Source: Thermoanaerobacterales bacterium
GTDB taxonomy: Bacteria; Bacillota; Thermosediminibacteria; Thermosediminibacterales; Tepidanaerobacteraceae
Reading direction: 5' to 3'
Assembly (NCBI GenBank): GCA_012840135.1
Contig: DUMA01000018.1
Coordinates: forward strand, 119,150 to 183,149
Length of the DNA: 64,000 nt
How positions within the stretch are numbered: position 1 is the first letter of the stretch; each line of letters starts with the position of its first letter. Of this stretch, positions 52,691 to 62,444 are shown piece after piece. The notes under the pieces were generated by a model. It made no database searches, was not told the origin of the DNA, and saw only the letters and a list, made by a program, of their open reading frames with translations. The position numbers and the translations under genes were made by a program.

Positions 52691-52999
52691 ATGAAATTAA
52701 AAGATCTTGCAGTTACTATACGCAGCAAGAACGCTTCGCCATTTATAACTACCCTGGATGTTTTCTTTGATGATGTCAAAAAATATGAGCATGTTAGGAA
52801 CTCTAATGTAATAACCAAAAGTAATATAGCAAAGTTATATAACATCCCCGAAGAGTCAATATTTGGTATATGGTTTGTAGACCTTTGCAATGGAATTAAA
52901 ATTTCTTTTTTAAAGCCAAGGGCTGCTGATGATATAGATGGTACTGATGTATATGGGGCACAACAGAATGCTCCGCTTATCGATCTGGAAATACCATAA
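52691..52999 (+). CDS. DUF4387 protein (AtuA partner)
   Basis: MKLKDLAVTIRSKNASPFITTLDVFFDD.. is typical of DUF4387. Confidence 0.65.
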   Translation: MKLKDLAVTIRSKNASPFITTLDVFFDDVKKYEHVRNSNVITKSNIAKLYNIPEESIFGIWFVDLCNGIKISFLKPRAADDIDGTDVYGAQQNAPLIDLEIP

Positions 53000-53012
53000 A
53001 GGAGGGGGTTTC

Positions 53013-54368
53013 ATGGGCTTAGGAGTTTGGGTTTTAATAGCCTATATAGCGGCTATAATTTTCTGGAACACTGCGGTTAAGAGAAACATTGGTGAAGCTA
53101 TGGGGGTTGGTCTTCTAGCGGTAGTATTATTCAGCGGTAAATCCGCCGTAAAATTGATATGGGATAGCTTCATATATGCAGCAAAGCAGGAAACGGTTTT
53201 TGCAGCACTTGCTTTTGTATTTATGGCTTATGTAATGACGAAGACAGGATTGGTAAAACGGTTGGTAGATATTTTGAATTCTATTTTGGGAAGACTTCCC
53301 GGTGGCGCTGGTTATATTTCAACACTGGCTAGTGCACTTTTCGGATTGATTTCCGGTTCCGGATCGGGCAATGCAGCTTCGGTTGGAGCCATAGCAATCC
53401 CATGGATGACAAACTCCAACTGGTCACCGGAACTGGCAGCCACTGTAATCGCGGGTAACGCAGGTTTGGGGATTGCGTTGCCTCCATGCTCCTCAATGTT
53501 TATTTTAATGGGATCAGCGATAGTAGCAGAAAAAGTTAGTCCTGGTGCGTTGTATATTGCTCTTCTGGGGGCTGGCCTATGGACTTTGGTTTACAGGTTG
53601 ATTCTTGTGCGCTATTTTGTTTACAAATATCACATTAAACCACTGCCAAATGAGATGATAAGTCCTTTAAGGAAAACATTTTCCGAAGGCTGGTCATCAT
53701 TGCTTATATTTATCGGGATAATTTTACCAGTCATATTGACAATAGGTCCAGTATCAGAATATTTAAAGTCTGTGAAAAATTTTGGTCCCGATGCATTGGA
53801 TTCAATTTCGATCATTGTGTGGATACCAGTTTTAATAAGTTGGATAGCTATAATTGAAGGTAGAAAATATTTGCCTACGACAGTTAGTGGATGGTTTGAT
53901 TTTGTAAAGGATGCAGCGCAAAGATATATTGTAGTTGGTGCTACATTATTCTTTGCTTTTGCAGCCAGCTATGCAATGAATAAGCTTGGATTAGCTAAAG
54001 ATTTAACTTCATTACTTCAGAGTTTAAATGCTTCAAGGGTCTTAATGACAATACTGGTCGGAATTTTAGTTACTCTTGTATCTGCACCTTTAACTTCTAC
54101 TGCTACAATAGCCGCTATAGGTGCAGTAGGGTTTTCTGCTTTGACAAATGTTGGAATAAACCCTGCAGTTGCAGCAGCCTCGGTACTAATTTTTGCTTCT
54201 ACTGAAGGAGCTTCTCCTCCAAACTCGGCGCCTATATTTATTGCATGTGGTATGGCCGATGTCAACCCTGTGAAAACCTTCGTTCCCCTGATTATTTATT
54301 ATGTAATACCAATAGTAGCAATAGGTTGTTTGATTGCACTTGGTATTTTACCTATTTTCAATCTGTAG
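53013..54368 (+). CDS. DctM-like large permease (TRAP-type), without adjacent DctP or DctQ
   Basis: The ATG at 53013 follows AAGGAGGGGG. Polytopic, with ..LISGSGSGNAASVGAIAIPWM.. Confidence 0.5.
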   Translation: MGLGVWVLIAYIAAIIFWNTAVKRNIGEAMGVGLLAVVLFSGKSAVKLIWDSFIYAAKQETVFAALAFVFMAYVMTKTGLVKRLVDILNSILGRLPGGAGYISTLASALFGLISGSGSGNAASVGAIAIPWMTNSNWSPELAATVIAGNAGLGIALPPCSSMFILMGSAIVAEKVSPGALYIALLGAGLWTLVYRLILVRYFVYKYHIKPLPNEMISPLRKTFSEGWSSLLIFIGIILPVILTIGPVSEYLKSVKNFGPDALDSISIIVWIPVLISWIAIIEGRKYLPTTVSGWFDFVKDAAQRYIVVGATLFFAFAASYAMNKLGLAKDLTSLLQSLNASRVLMTILVGILVTLVSAPLTSTATIAAIGAVGFSALTNVGINPAVAAASVLIFASTEGASPPNSAPIFIACGMADVNPVKTFVPLIIYYVIPIVAIGCLIALGILPIFNL

Positions 54369-54380
54369 GAGGGTAAGTTT

Positions 54381-54614
54381 ATGCAGGGTTTAATAAAGTT
54401 AATGGATATTCTTTTTGTCATTGGAATAATTTTATTCATGTTACTCGGTTCTATAATAGTTTTAGTTCAGATCTTTGGAGTTATAACACTTAATGGCTCA
54501 CTAACTATAAATATAACAAAGGTTATTGGTAATACAACCTTTATAATCGCTTCGATAACTGGCCTGATTGGTTTTATCGAAGGATATTTACACAACTGGA
54601 AAGCAAGTGAATAA
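54381..54614 (+). CDS. Small two-TM membrane protein
   Basis: 77 aa with two hydrophobic helices. It is coupled to the permease gene by a 12-nt gap and an AGGAGGG RBS. Confidence 0.5.
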   Translation: MQGLIKLMDILFVIGIILFMLLGSIIVLVQIFGVITLNGSLTINITKVIGNTTFIIASITGLIGFIEGYLHNWKASE

Positions 54615-54627
54615 CACATTGTTTAAA

Positions 54628-54654
54628 GCCGTTAACATTTGTTAACGGCATTTT
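54628..54654 (+). terminator. Intrinsic terminator
   Basis: GCCGTTAAC-ATTT-GTTAACGGC followed by ATTTT. Confidence 0.7.
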
Positions 54655-54907
54655 GTATGTCACGGAGACGGTTCGCACAATTCAGCGGCTTTGAATTGCT
54701 ATAAAGAGGGGCCCCATGCACCTGCCGAAAGACTTTATGGATAACCTAGGCGTTCAAGTATGGCTTTTACAGCTAGAAAAAAATAGACTCATATCACATC
54801 ATGTTTATAAAATTTTATTTAAAAAAGAAGGAATTTAAAAATATGTGTAGAATATTTTTATATATGTAGACGTTTTCATAAATTATTTTTTTCGGGAAGG
54901 AGGCCAA

Positions 54908-55906
54908 ATGGCTACAATTAAAGATATTGCCCAAAAACTTGGGATTTCTGATGCAACCGTATCAAGAGCTTTTACGGGAAATTCTTATGTAAGTGACGAG
55001 TTAAAAAAGAAAATATTCGAAGTTGCGAAAGAACTAAATTACCGCCCCAATACATTGGCCATAGGTTTAAGGACGCGTAAAACTAATATAATAGCACTCA
55101 TAGTGCCGAATATAAGTAACCCCATCTATATAGAATTAGTAAAACATATCGAAAGATTTTCTAGTAATGATGGATATAGTGTCATTTTATGCAACACGGA
55201 TGAAAATATTGAAAAGGAGAAAGCCCATCTCGAAATGTTGAGCGCAGGACTTGTGGATGGCGTAATTTTAGTTCCATGCACAAGGGAAAAACCTGAAGAG
55301 GAATATATAAATTCAATTAGTTTGAGTAAAATTGTATTGTTTAATAGAAATATAAATAATTGTAAATTTGATATAGTTAAAGCAGATCACTATAAAGGAG
55401 TATTTCTTGCCATTGAGCATTTCATCCAAAAAGGTTATAAAAGGATTGGGGCAATAGCAGGCAATATAAATACTTCTGTTGGTCGAGAAAGGTTTAAAGC
55501 TTTTAATGATGCTCTTAGAAGCTTTGGATTAAAAGTAAATAATGAATTAATAAAATATGGCGATTTTTCCGTTGGAAGTAGTTTCAATATGACAATGGAG
55601 TTATTGAAAATTGAGAATCCACCCGAAGCTATATTGATATTTAATAATGCTTTAACTAAAGGATTTATAGAAGCTTTAAAAAAACAAAAGATCAAAGTTC
55701 CGGAAGATCTTGCCGTAATTGCTATTGATGATATAGAGAATGGTAATCTTGTTGAACCTGTTCTCACCTTTGTTAAACAGCCTTTGTATGAAATGTCAAA
55801 AAAAGTTTATGAAATTCTCATAGAAAAAATAAATGAAAATAAAAAACCAGTGAGGCAGAATATCCACTTATTCCCAGTTGAATTAATCAAAAGGGGTTCA
55901 TGTTAA
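54908..55906 (+). CDS. LacI-family transcriptional regulator
   Basis: MATIKDIAQKLGISDATVSRAF.. is the HTH motif. The C-terminal domain has a periplasmic-binding-protein-like fold. Confidence 0.9.
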   Translation: MATIKDIAQKLGISDATVSRAFTGNSYVSDELKKKIFEVAKELNYRPNTLAIGLRTRKTNIIALIVPNISNPIYIELVKHIERFSSNDGYSVILCNTDENIEKEKAHLEMLSAGLVDGVILVPCTREKPEEEYINSISLSKIVLFNRNINNCKFDIVKADHYKGVFLAIEHFIQKGYKRIGAIAGNINTSVGRERFKAFNDALRSFGLKVNNELIKYGDFSVGSSFNMTMELLKIENPPEAILIFNNALTKGFIEALKKQKIKVPEDLAVIAIDDIENGNLVEPVLTFVKQPLYEMSKKVYEILIEKINENKKPVRQNIHLFPVELIKRGSC

Positions 55907-55974
55907 CCCTTTTAAAAAGCCTTTTTATGAAAACGTCTGCATAAATTTTAAACAGAAAGGAGGGTAAAGAAAAG

Positions 55975-56379
55975 TTGCCCTTTATCGATGCATCATCTAT
56001 AAAAGGAGTCAAAGTTACATCGCCACCGGAACTGAGAAGGATAAACAAAGTTTTTGTAGCACCGGATATCAACAAAATAGCAAAAGATGTTCTAATAGGC
56101 CAGTGTATTTTTGAACCCTATTGTAAATCAGATATGCATACACACTTGGGAGTAGAGATGATTTACGTTTTGTCAGGGAAGGGGAAAAGCAGGGTTGGTG
56201 AAGAAAATATAGATCTTGTACCTGATAGGTTAGTAATTATTCCACCGGGTGTATTACATGACTTTGAAAATACAGAAAACGATAGGTTAAAACTCTTATT
56301 TATTATGACCCCACCTGAAAAGGCTGAAGACATTTATAATAGAGCTGTTAAAGCGGCTCAGAGTTATTCGTTAAGATAA
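55975..56379 (+). CDS. Cupin-domain protein
   Basis: ..DMHTHLGVEMIYVLSGKG...IPPGVLHDFEN.. are the two cupin motifs. Confidence 0.75.
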   Translation: MPFIDASSIKGVKVTSPPELRRINKVFVAPDINKIAKDVLIGQCIFEPYCKSDMHTHLGVEMIYVLSGKGKSRVGEENIDLVPDRLVIIPPGVLHDFENTENDRLKLLFIMTPPEKAEDIYNRAVKAAQSYSLR

Positions 56380-56414
56380 AAAATAATGTAATGGATAAGG
56401 AGGAAAAAAGCGTT

Positions 56415-57446
56415 ATGAGGTTAAAAAACGTCACTATTAGTATTTTCTTAGTTTTGTTCATATCAGTGGTTCTATTATCAGGATGTTCAAATAATGCAAA
56501 ACAATCTTCTCAAGAAAGCAATAATGAGGGTCAGAAAATAGTTTTAAAACTTGGAACCAATACTGCACCTTCACATCCGGAAAATAAGGCTGCAGCAAAA
56601 TTTGCTGAAATAGTCAAAGAAAAAACCAATGGTCAAGTAGAAATACAGGTATTTGACAGTGCAAAACTTGGTGACCATAAGGAACGTCTCGAAGGACTTA
56701 GAATGGGAACTGTAGATATGACTACAACGTCCGTAGGTTATATGGCTACATATGAGAAGGTTATGACCATATTTGAAATGCCGTATTTATTTAAAGACAA
56801 AGCCCATGAATTCAGAGTTTACGATGGAGAAGTAGGGAAAGACATAGATAACCTCCTGCAAAAACATGGTTTCAGGGTCCTGGCATTTTTTGATATGGGA
56901 GCCAGGCAATTGACAAACAATGTAAGGCCGGTGGCAAAGCCGGAAGATATAAAAGGCTTGAAAATAAGGGTTCCAGATACAGAAAGCAGTATTGATGGGT
57001 TAAGAGCTATGGGTGCCTCACCAACTCCTATGGCTTTTTCGGAACTTTACATGGCCTTACAGCAAAAGACAGTTGACGGTCAGGAAAATCCTTTTTCTAT
57101 TATAGATTCGTCCAAGTTTTACGAAGTACAAAAGTATCTTTCACTAACAAACCACCAATTATTTGCACAACTATTATTAATAGGCGAAAAAAGCTGGGAG
57201 AAGCTTTCTCCCGAACACCAGAAGATTATCATGAATGCGGCGAAAGAGGCTGAAAAATACGAACGGGAGATCATGCAAAACGATGAAAACAATCTGTTGA
57301 GCACCTTAAAACAAAAAGGCATGAAAGTAAACGAAGTGGATATAAAAGCATTCCAAGAAATGGTAAAGCCTTTGCGTGAACAATATATACAAAAATATGG
57401 CCAACAGGCAAAGGATTTCTTCGATAAAATTGATAAAGTTCAATAA
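56415..57446 (+). CDS. TRAP transporter substrate-binding lipoprotein (DctP family)
   Basis: Lipobox LLSGCSNN. ..LKLGTNTAPSHPENKAAAKFAEIVKEKTNGQVEIQVF...GLRMGTVDM.. ATG 56415 follows AAGGAGG. Confidence 0.85.
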   Translation: MRLKNVTISIFLVLFISVVLLSGCSNNAKQSSQESNNEGQKIVLKLGTNTAPSHPENKAAAKFAEIVKEKTNGQVEIQVFDSAKLGDHKERLEGLRMGTVDMTTTSVGYMATYEKVMTIFEMPYLFKDKAHEFRVYDGEVGKDIDNLLQKHGFRVLAFFDMGARQLTNNVRPVAKPEDIKGLKIRVPDTESSIDGLRAMGASPTPMAFSELYMALQQKTVDGQENPFSIIDSSKFYEVQKYLSLTNHQLFAQLLLIGEKSWEKLSPEHQKIIMNAAKEAEKYEREIMQNDENNLLSTLKQKGMKVNEVDIKAFQEMVKPLREQYIQKYGQQAKDFFDKIDKVQ

Positions 57447-57490
57447 ATCAACTTAATACCAAATTTTACACAAACAATGGAGGATTTAAG

Positions 57491-57901
57491 ATGAAAATCG
57501 TCAAAGCATGGGAAGAAAAAGGAGTAACAATTCCGGCACCTTATCAGAGGAATATAAAAGTTTTATTTGCACCCGATAAGGAGGGAGTGCAGGAGTTAAC
57601 TTTCAGCCATGCCATAATATACCCTGGATCCCAGACAGATTACCATACACATGATAGGCCAGAATTGATATATATAGTTAACGGCAGGGGCGTAGCGGTA
57701 TGTGAAGGCAAGGAAATACCTATTGAGCCTGATGTAGTGTTATGGGTTGAAAAAGGAGAAAGGCACCAGATGAAAAATACTGGAAGCGAGACTCTGAAGC
57801 TTGCTACAGTATTTATCCCGGCATACACAGCAGAAAGCAATTATGCCAGATGCCTTGAAGCCGCAAGAAAGGTTGAATCGGAAAATGCAATACAAGCTTG
57901 A
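57491..57901 (+). CDS. Cupin-domain protein
   Basis: ..GSQTDYHTHDRPELIYIVNGRG...GERHQMKNTG.. Confidence 0.75.
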   Translation: MKIVKAWEEKGVTIPAPYQRNIKVLFAPDKEGVQELTFSHAIIYPGSQTDYHTHDRPELIYIVNGRGVAVCEGKEIPIEPDVVLWVEKGERHQMKNTGSETLKLATVFIPAYTAESNYARCLEAARKVESENAIQA

Positions 57902-58730
57902 GATATCGCTGGGGACAAATATATTTGATGGGTACTCACTTTTTGATGCTCTAATCTATACTTCGGAAAACGGTTTAAAATCAGTAGAAATAGCATCTAT
58001 TGATGGTGTGTGCGAACATATAAAACCCGAAGATATGAGTGATGAACTTTTGGCCGAAGTTAAATCGAAGTTAAAAAAGCTAAAGTTAAAAATAGTTGCT
58101 TTTTCCGGACATGTAGATCTAACAGTAGAAGAAGGATTAAGGAGATTCTTTAAAAAAATGGAGTTTGCCAAAGGTCTTGGAGCGAAGATAATAAATACCA
58201 ATGCCGGGCCTTTAAGCAGGCTGCAACAATTTAAAGATAATATTAAAGCAGTAATTGAGAAAGCAGAAGAACTAAATATTAAAGTGGGATTAGAATCTCA
58301 TGGGGATATAATAAGCAGCGCTCATGATTCTTTGGGCATTATAAAAGAAATTAACCATCCTCTGATAAGGTTGAACTACGACACCGGAAATGTATATTAC
58401 CACTCAAAGAAAATCATTGACCCTTCGGAAGACATAATCGATGCACTGGATTTCATTGAATATATACACCTAAAAGATATAAGAGTAGAAAGCCGAAAAA
58501 TTGAATACTGTGCTCTCGGAGATGGCTCTATAAAACTCAATGACATCTTTAACATTTTGAAACAATATGACAGGATAATACCCATGACCATTGAAATACC
58601 AATTTATCTATTTTGTTATGGTTGGGGACCTTTAAAAAAAGGGAAAACACCCCTGGAAATCGAAAAGATAAAAGAGGCGATTCAAAAATCGGTGGACTAT
58701 ATTAAAAAATTCGGGATAGAGATAGTCTAA
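57885..58730 (+). CDS. Sugar-phosphate isomerase/epimerase (xylose-isomerase-like TIM barrel)
   Basis: ATG at 57885 overlaps the cupin stop. ..GLKSVEIAS...GLGAKIINTN...GLESHG...NYDTGN...HLKD.. Confidence 0.75.
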   Translation: MQYKLEISLGTNIFDGYSLFDALIYTSENGLKSVEIASIDGVCEHIKPEDMSDELLAEVKSKLKKLKLKIVAFSGHVDLTVEEGLRRFFKKMEFAKGLGAKIINTNAGPLSRLQQFKDNIKAVIEKAEELNIKVGLESHGDIISSAHDSLGIIKEINHPLIRLNYDTGNVYYHSKKIIDPSEDIIDALDFIEYIHLKDIRVESRKIEYCALGDGSIKLNDIFNILKQYDRIIPMTIEIPIYLFCYGWGPLKKGKTPLEIEKIKEAIQKSVDYIKKFGIEIV

Positions 58731-58811
58731 AAGAATAAACCAAAAGGTGAGGTATCATCTAAATATTTTGATACCTCACCCTTAACATTTGTAAACGAGG
58801 ACGGTGAAATA

Positions 58812-59264
58812 ATGCATAAGGCTTACAGGTTTATAAATAAAGCGCTTGATATATTTGCAATATTACTGGTCAGTTTCATCTTTTTACTGATTATTGTACA
58901 GGTAGTAATGCGTTATGTTTTCAACTCTCCGCTGGTATGGTCTGAAGAGCTTGCCAGATATACAATGGTCTGGTTAGCATTTATTGGTTCTGTAATAGCC
59001 ATGAGAAACGGTGAACATATCGATATTACAGTAGTAGTAAACGCTCTGCCGGTTAGAATAAAACATAATGTCATAATTATAAGTAAAGTTATTTCTACAA
59101 TTTTTCTTGTAATGCTGATTTATCTGGGTTTTCAAATGGTAATATTGAATAGTTCCCAGACATCTCCTGCAAATAATATTCCGATGGGTTTAGTTTATCT
59201 GTGTATACCACTTTCGGCATTAGGTATGCTCTTTTTCAACTTGACACATGGGGAGGAAAAATAG
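58812..59264 (+). CDS. TRAP transporter small permease (DctQ family)
   Basis: 150 aa, four TM segments. ..VMRYVFNSPLVWSEELARYTMVWLAFIG.. Confidence 0.8.
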   Translation: MHKAYRFINKALDIFAILLVSFIFLLIIVQVVMRYVFNSPLVWSEELARYTMVWLAFIGSVIAMRNGEHIDITVVVNALPVRIKHNVIIISKVISTIFLVMLIYLGFQMVILNSSQTSPANNIPMGLVYLCIPLSALGMLFFNLTHGEEK

Positions 59265-59265
59265 T

Positions 59266-60546
59266 TTGGAAATACTTATTATATTTTCCATTATGCTTAT
59301 TCTAATGGCATTGAAAGTACCTGTCGCATTTTCTATGGCCACTTCAGCCACTGTGGCTTTATTGCTCAAAGGAGTTCCTCTTATGCTTGTTCCACAGCGG
59401 ATGTTTACTGCACTTGACTCATTTCCTTTGCTTGCTATACCTTTGTTTATTTTTGTCGGTCAAGCTATGAATACTGGTGGTATAACAGATAAAATATTCA
59501 ATTTTGCGAGAGTTTATGTGCGTCATATAAAAGGAAGTCTTGGACATGTAAATGTAATAGCAAGTATTATATTTGCTGGCATGTCAGGGTCTGCTGTGGC
59601 AGATACATCGGGCCTAGGTCTTGTTGAAATTAAGGCAATGAATGAAGACGGTTTTGACCCGGAATTTTCTGCAGCTATTACAGCGGCATCATCGACGATA
59701 GGGCCTATTATACCACCGAGTATTCCTCTAGTTATATATGCAGTCATAGCTGAACAGTCGGTCGGGAGATTATTTCTCGGGGGGGTTATTCCAGGACTTT
59801 TAATGGGGTTAGCTTTAATGGTATATGTTTATGTTATATCTAAAAAAAGAGGTTATAAAGTAGAACCTCGTGCCACATTCAAAGAAAGAATAAATGCTAC
59901 AATTGCTGCTATTCCATCGTTATTGACGCCGGTATTACTTTTAAGTGGTATTGTGTTTGGAATAGTAACCCCTACCGAAGGTGCTGCTATAGCTGCAATA
60001 TATGCTTTATTTTTAGGTTTTATTATTCACAAAGAATTAACATTAAAAGATTTATATAAAATGTTATTATCTACTGCAAGCAGTACAGCAACTATACTAA
60101 TTATAATAAGCAGTGCTTCAATTATAACCTGGGTTATATTATCTTCGGATATGCCTGCCATTGTTGCAAAAACGATTTTTTCAGTTACGAACAACAAATA
60201 TCTCATCCTATTTATAGTAAATATAATCTTGTTAATTCTAGGATGTTTTATGGAAGGCACCTCTATAATAATGATAATGGTTCCTGTATTGCTGCCTATA
60301 ATGAAAATGTTGAATGTCGATTTAGTGCATTTTGGTGTTTTTTTAGTTCTAAATGTTATGATAGGACTTATCACACCGCCTGTTGGTATGTGCTTGTATA
60401 TAGTTAGTAAAATTGCCGGTATATCCTTTGAAAGAACATCGAAAGCAATAATTCCTTTTATTATTGCTTTAATAGTAGTCCTGTTTTTAATAACATATGT
60501 ACCTGAATTTGTCACCTTCCTACCTAATTTAATCATGGACAAATAA
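59266..60546 (+). CDS. TRAP transporter large permease (DctM family)
   Basis: TTG at 59266 lies 9 nt after GGGAGG; ATG 59248 is an alternative start. ..FAGMSGSAVADTSGLG.. is the DctM motif. Confidence 0.85.
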   Translation: MEILIIFSIMLILMALKVPVAFSMATSATVALLLKGVPLMLVPQRMFTALDSFPLLAIPLFIFVGQAMNTGGITDKIFNFARVYVRHIKGSLGHVNVIASIIFAGMSGSAVADTSGLGLVEIKAMNEDGFDPEFSAAITAASSTIGPIIPPSIPLVIYAVIAEQSVGRLFLGGVIPGLLMGLALMVYVYVISKKRGYKVEPRATFKERINATIAAIPSLLTPVLLLSGIVFGIVTPTEGAAIAAIYALFLGFIIHKELTLKDLYKMLLSTASSTATILIIISSASIITWVILSSDMPAIVAKTIFSVTNNKYLILFIVNIILLILGCFMEGTSIIMIMVPVLLPIMKMLNVDLVHFGVFLVLNVMIGLITPPVGMCLYIVSKIAGISFERTSKAIIPFIIALIVVLFLITYVPEFVTFLPNLIMDK

Positions 60547-60685
60547 GTATTTGAGTAACTTGCAAGAACTTCAACCTTTTGATTCATCATTTTTTTTACT
60601 AAAGCTTTTTTATTGTTTTGCAAATATACAGGAAAATTTTAGTACTATATATTGACGGGATGTGAATATGGTTATATAATATAAA

Positions 60686-60699
60686 AGAACATATGTTCG
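60686..60699. promoter_or_regulatory. LexA box AGAACATATGTTCG after TATAAT (60675-60680)
   Basis: Perfect GAAC-ATAT-GTTC palindrome, 63 nt upstream of the Rpn pseudogene ATG. Confidence 0.6.
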
Positions 60700-60762
60700 A
60701 CTACAAAGTATTATTGAAAATCATCCATATGGATGATAATATAATTGTAAAGGGAGTCTAGT

Positions 60763-61655
60763 ATGGAAGACGGAGAGAAAAAGGTTATCCATTATGATAA
60801 GATCCTGAAAAATCTGTTTAACATCTCAAATAGACTTACCATTTACGCCATAAACGCCCTTTTCAAAAATACTTTCATGAAGACACCAGGATTGAACAAC
60901 TGAAACAAGAATACATAAGGGTGGATAAAACCTTTGCTATTGCCGATACGGTACTGAGCATAGAAATAAATGCAAAAGAAACCAAATACCACATAGAATT
61001 TCAGACCTTAAACGACAGGACCATAGTAATCCGCATGATAGATTACGGGTTTAGAATCGCAATAGATAACCTTGACTACAATAAAATTAAAGCAGGTGAA
61101 GAAATAACCATAGAATTCCCCTCTCAAACCGTCATATTCCTGAAACATAATGAATCGATTCCTGCCGAATTAAAACTCTCAATAAAAATGCCATATACAG
61201 AACAAATTATAAAATACATAGTGCCGACCTTCAAAGTCTGGGAACATGATCCGGACTACTATAAAAGACAAAAACTTTACATCATGCTTCCCCTGCGGAT
61301 AATAAACCTTAGCGATGAGCTCAAAGACCTGAAAAAAAGAATACTTCAAGAAGAAGAAAAAACAAAATTACAAAACAAATATCGGAAAAAGATAACACAA
61401 ACAATTGAGGAAATAATCAAAGAAATAAGAGATGCCCTGATATCAAACGAACTAATCATCGAAAAGTGCAACAAAATACTTCTGGAGTTGAGTACCCTGG
61501 CCGGTGAACTTTTTAGTGAAGAGGTAAAGAATATAGAGCAGGAGGTGGATGAAATGGCAAAAATGATAATCGACCCTGAAATGTATAGGAGAGGATTAGA
61601 AGAAGGAATTGAGAAGGGAATTGAGAAAAGGATTGAAAAAGGAATTGAGAGCTGA
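60763..61655 (+). pseudogene. Rpn-family gene with a frameshift and a C-terminal internal deletion
   Basis: MEDGEKKVIHYDKILKNLFNIS.. stops at 60901-60903. The +1 frame continues as FHEDTRIEQLKQEYIRVDKTF..HIEFQ.. to 61655. The usual tail is reduced to an out-of-frame ..DLKDLDKYLNQ*. Confidence 0.7.
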
Positions 61656-61734
61656 TCTCAAAGACCTGGATAAATATTTGAATCAATAGGTGCCGGACAC
61701 TCACTTATTAACATAAAAGAAATTTTAATTAAAA

Positions 61735-61793
61735 AAAGCCGCAGCTGTGGGTATACACAGTTCAGCGGCTTTAAAAATGCTGTAAAAATGCAC
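61735..61793. repeat. Second copy of the terminator-like hairpin repeat element
   Basis: AAAGCCGCAGCTGTGGGTATACACAGTTCAGCGGCTTTAAAAATGCTGTAAAAATGCAC compared with 41933-41991. Confidence 0.6.
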
Positions 61794-61802
61794 ATTAAAT
61801 GT

Positions 61803-62267
61803 TTATTTTTTAAATATGTCTTCCAGGAGCTCCTGGTGATTTTTTAAATACTTTACAAGGTAATCAATTTTTTTTACCGTGCCGGGGCTTATGGTGTGCT
61901 CTATTTTTTCCACCTCATCCAGAAGGATGGTGTTGGGCACCCCCAGCAGTTTGAGAAATTCTTCTATAGTGGCGTGCCGTTTCAGCAGGGCCCTGCCCAA
62001 TCTGGCCCCTTTGGGTTCCAGGGTTATGATATTATATTTTTCATAATTCAATAGCTTGAGTTCGGCCAGTTTCTGGACCATTTTTGTGGCCGAGGGAGGC
62101 TTTATGTTCAGGGCCGATGCCAGCTCGTTTATCCTGGTAAAACCCGTTTCTCTGGATAGCCTGTATATCATCTCCACATAGTCTTCCATGGCGGCGCTGA
62201 GAAGCTGATCTTCCTTTTTCATATATTCCGTAAATGTGAAAAAGTTTTTTTCGGACAATTTTTGCAC
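61803..62267 (-). CDS. mntR: DtxR-family manganese-responsive repressor
   Basis: ..MEDYVEMIYRLSRETGFTRINELASALNIKPPSATKMVQKLAELKLL.. It is divergent from the Nramp transporter gene. Confidence 0.85.
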   Translation of the reverse strand: MQKLSEKNFFTFTEYMKKEDQLLSAAMEDYVEMIYRLSRETGFTRINELASALNIKPPSATKMVQKLAELKLLNYEKYNIITLEPKGARLGRALLKRHATIEEFLKLLGVPNTILLDEVEKIEHTISPGTVKKIDYLVKYLKNHQELLEDIFKK

Positions 62268-62444
62268 CCGCCTTCAAATTTCCGAATTACTAAATTATAT
62301 GCGGAAGGTCACACCTTTAAAACGGGATTCATATTCTGGAATTAAAAGAGGAGTTAGATGAGATTAAAAATTTTAGCCCGGTTTAATTGCCGGCTGTTGA
62401 GAAGGGATGTGACCGTATTGCCGGGCCGTTTGAATGAGGAAATT

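Noticed and set aside
62268-62444. Possible Mn-sensing (yybP-ykoY) riboswitch or MntR operator in the mntR-mntH intergenic leader
   Set aside because: I could not recognise the conserved riboswitch core. I found only a vague AT-rich pseudo-palindrome (AAATTTCCGAATTACTAAATT at ~62276). This is not enough to report as a feature, and an Rfam scan would settle it.
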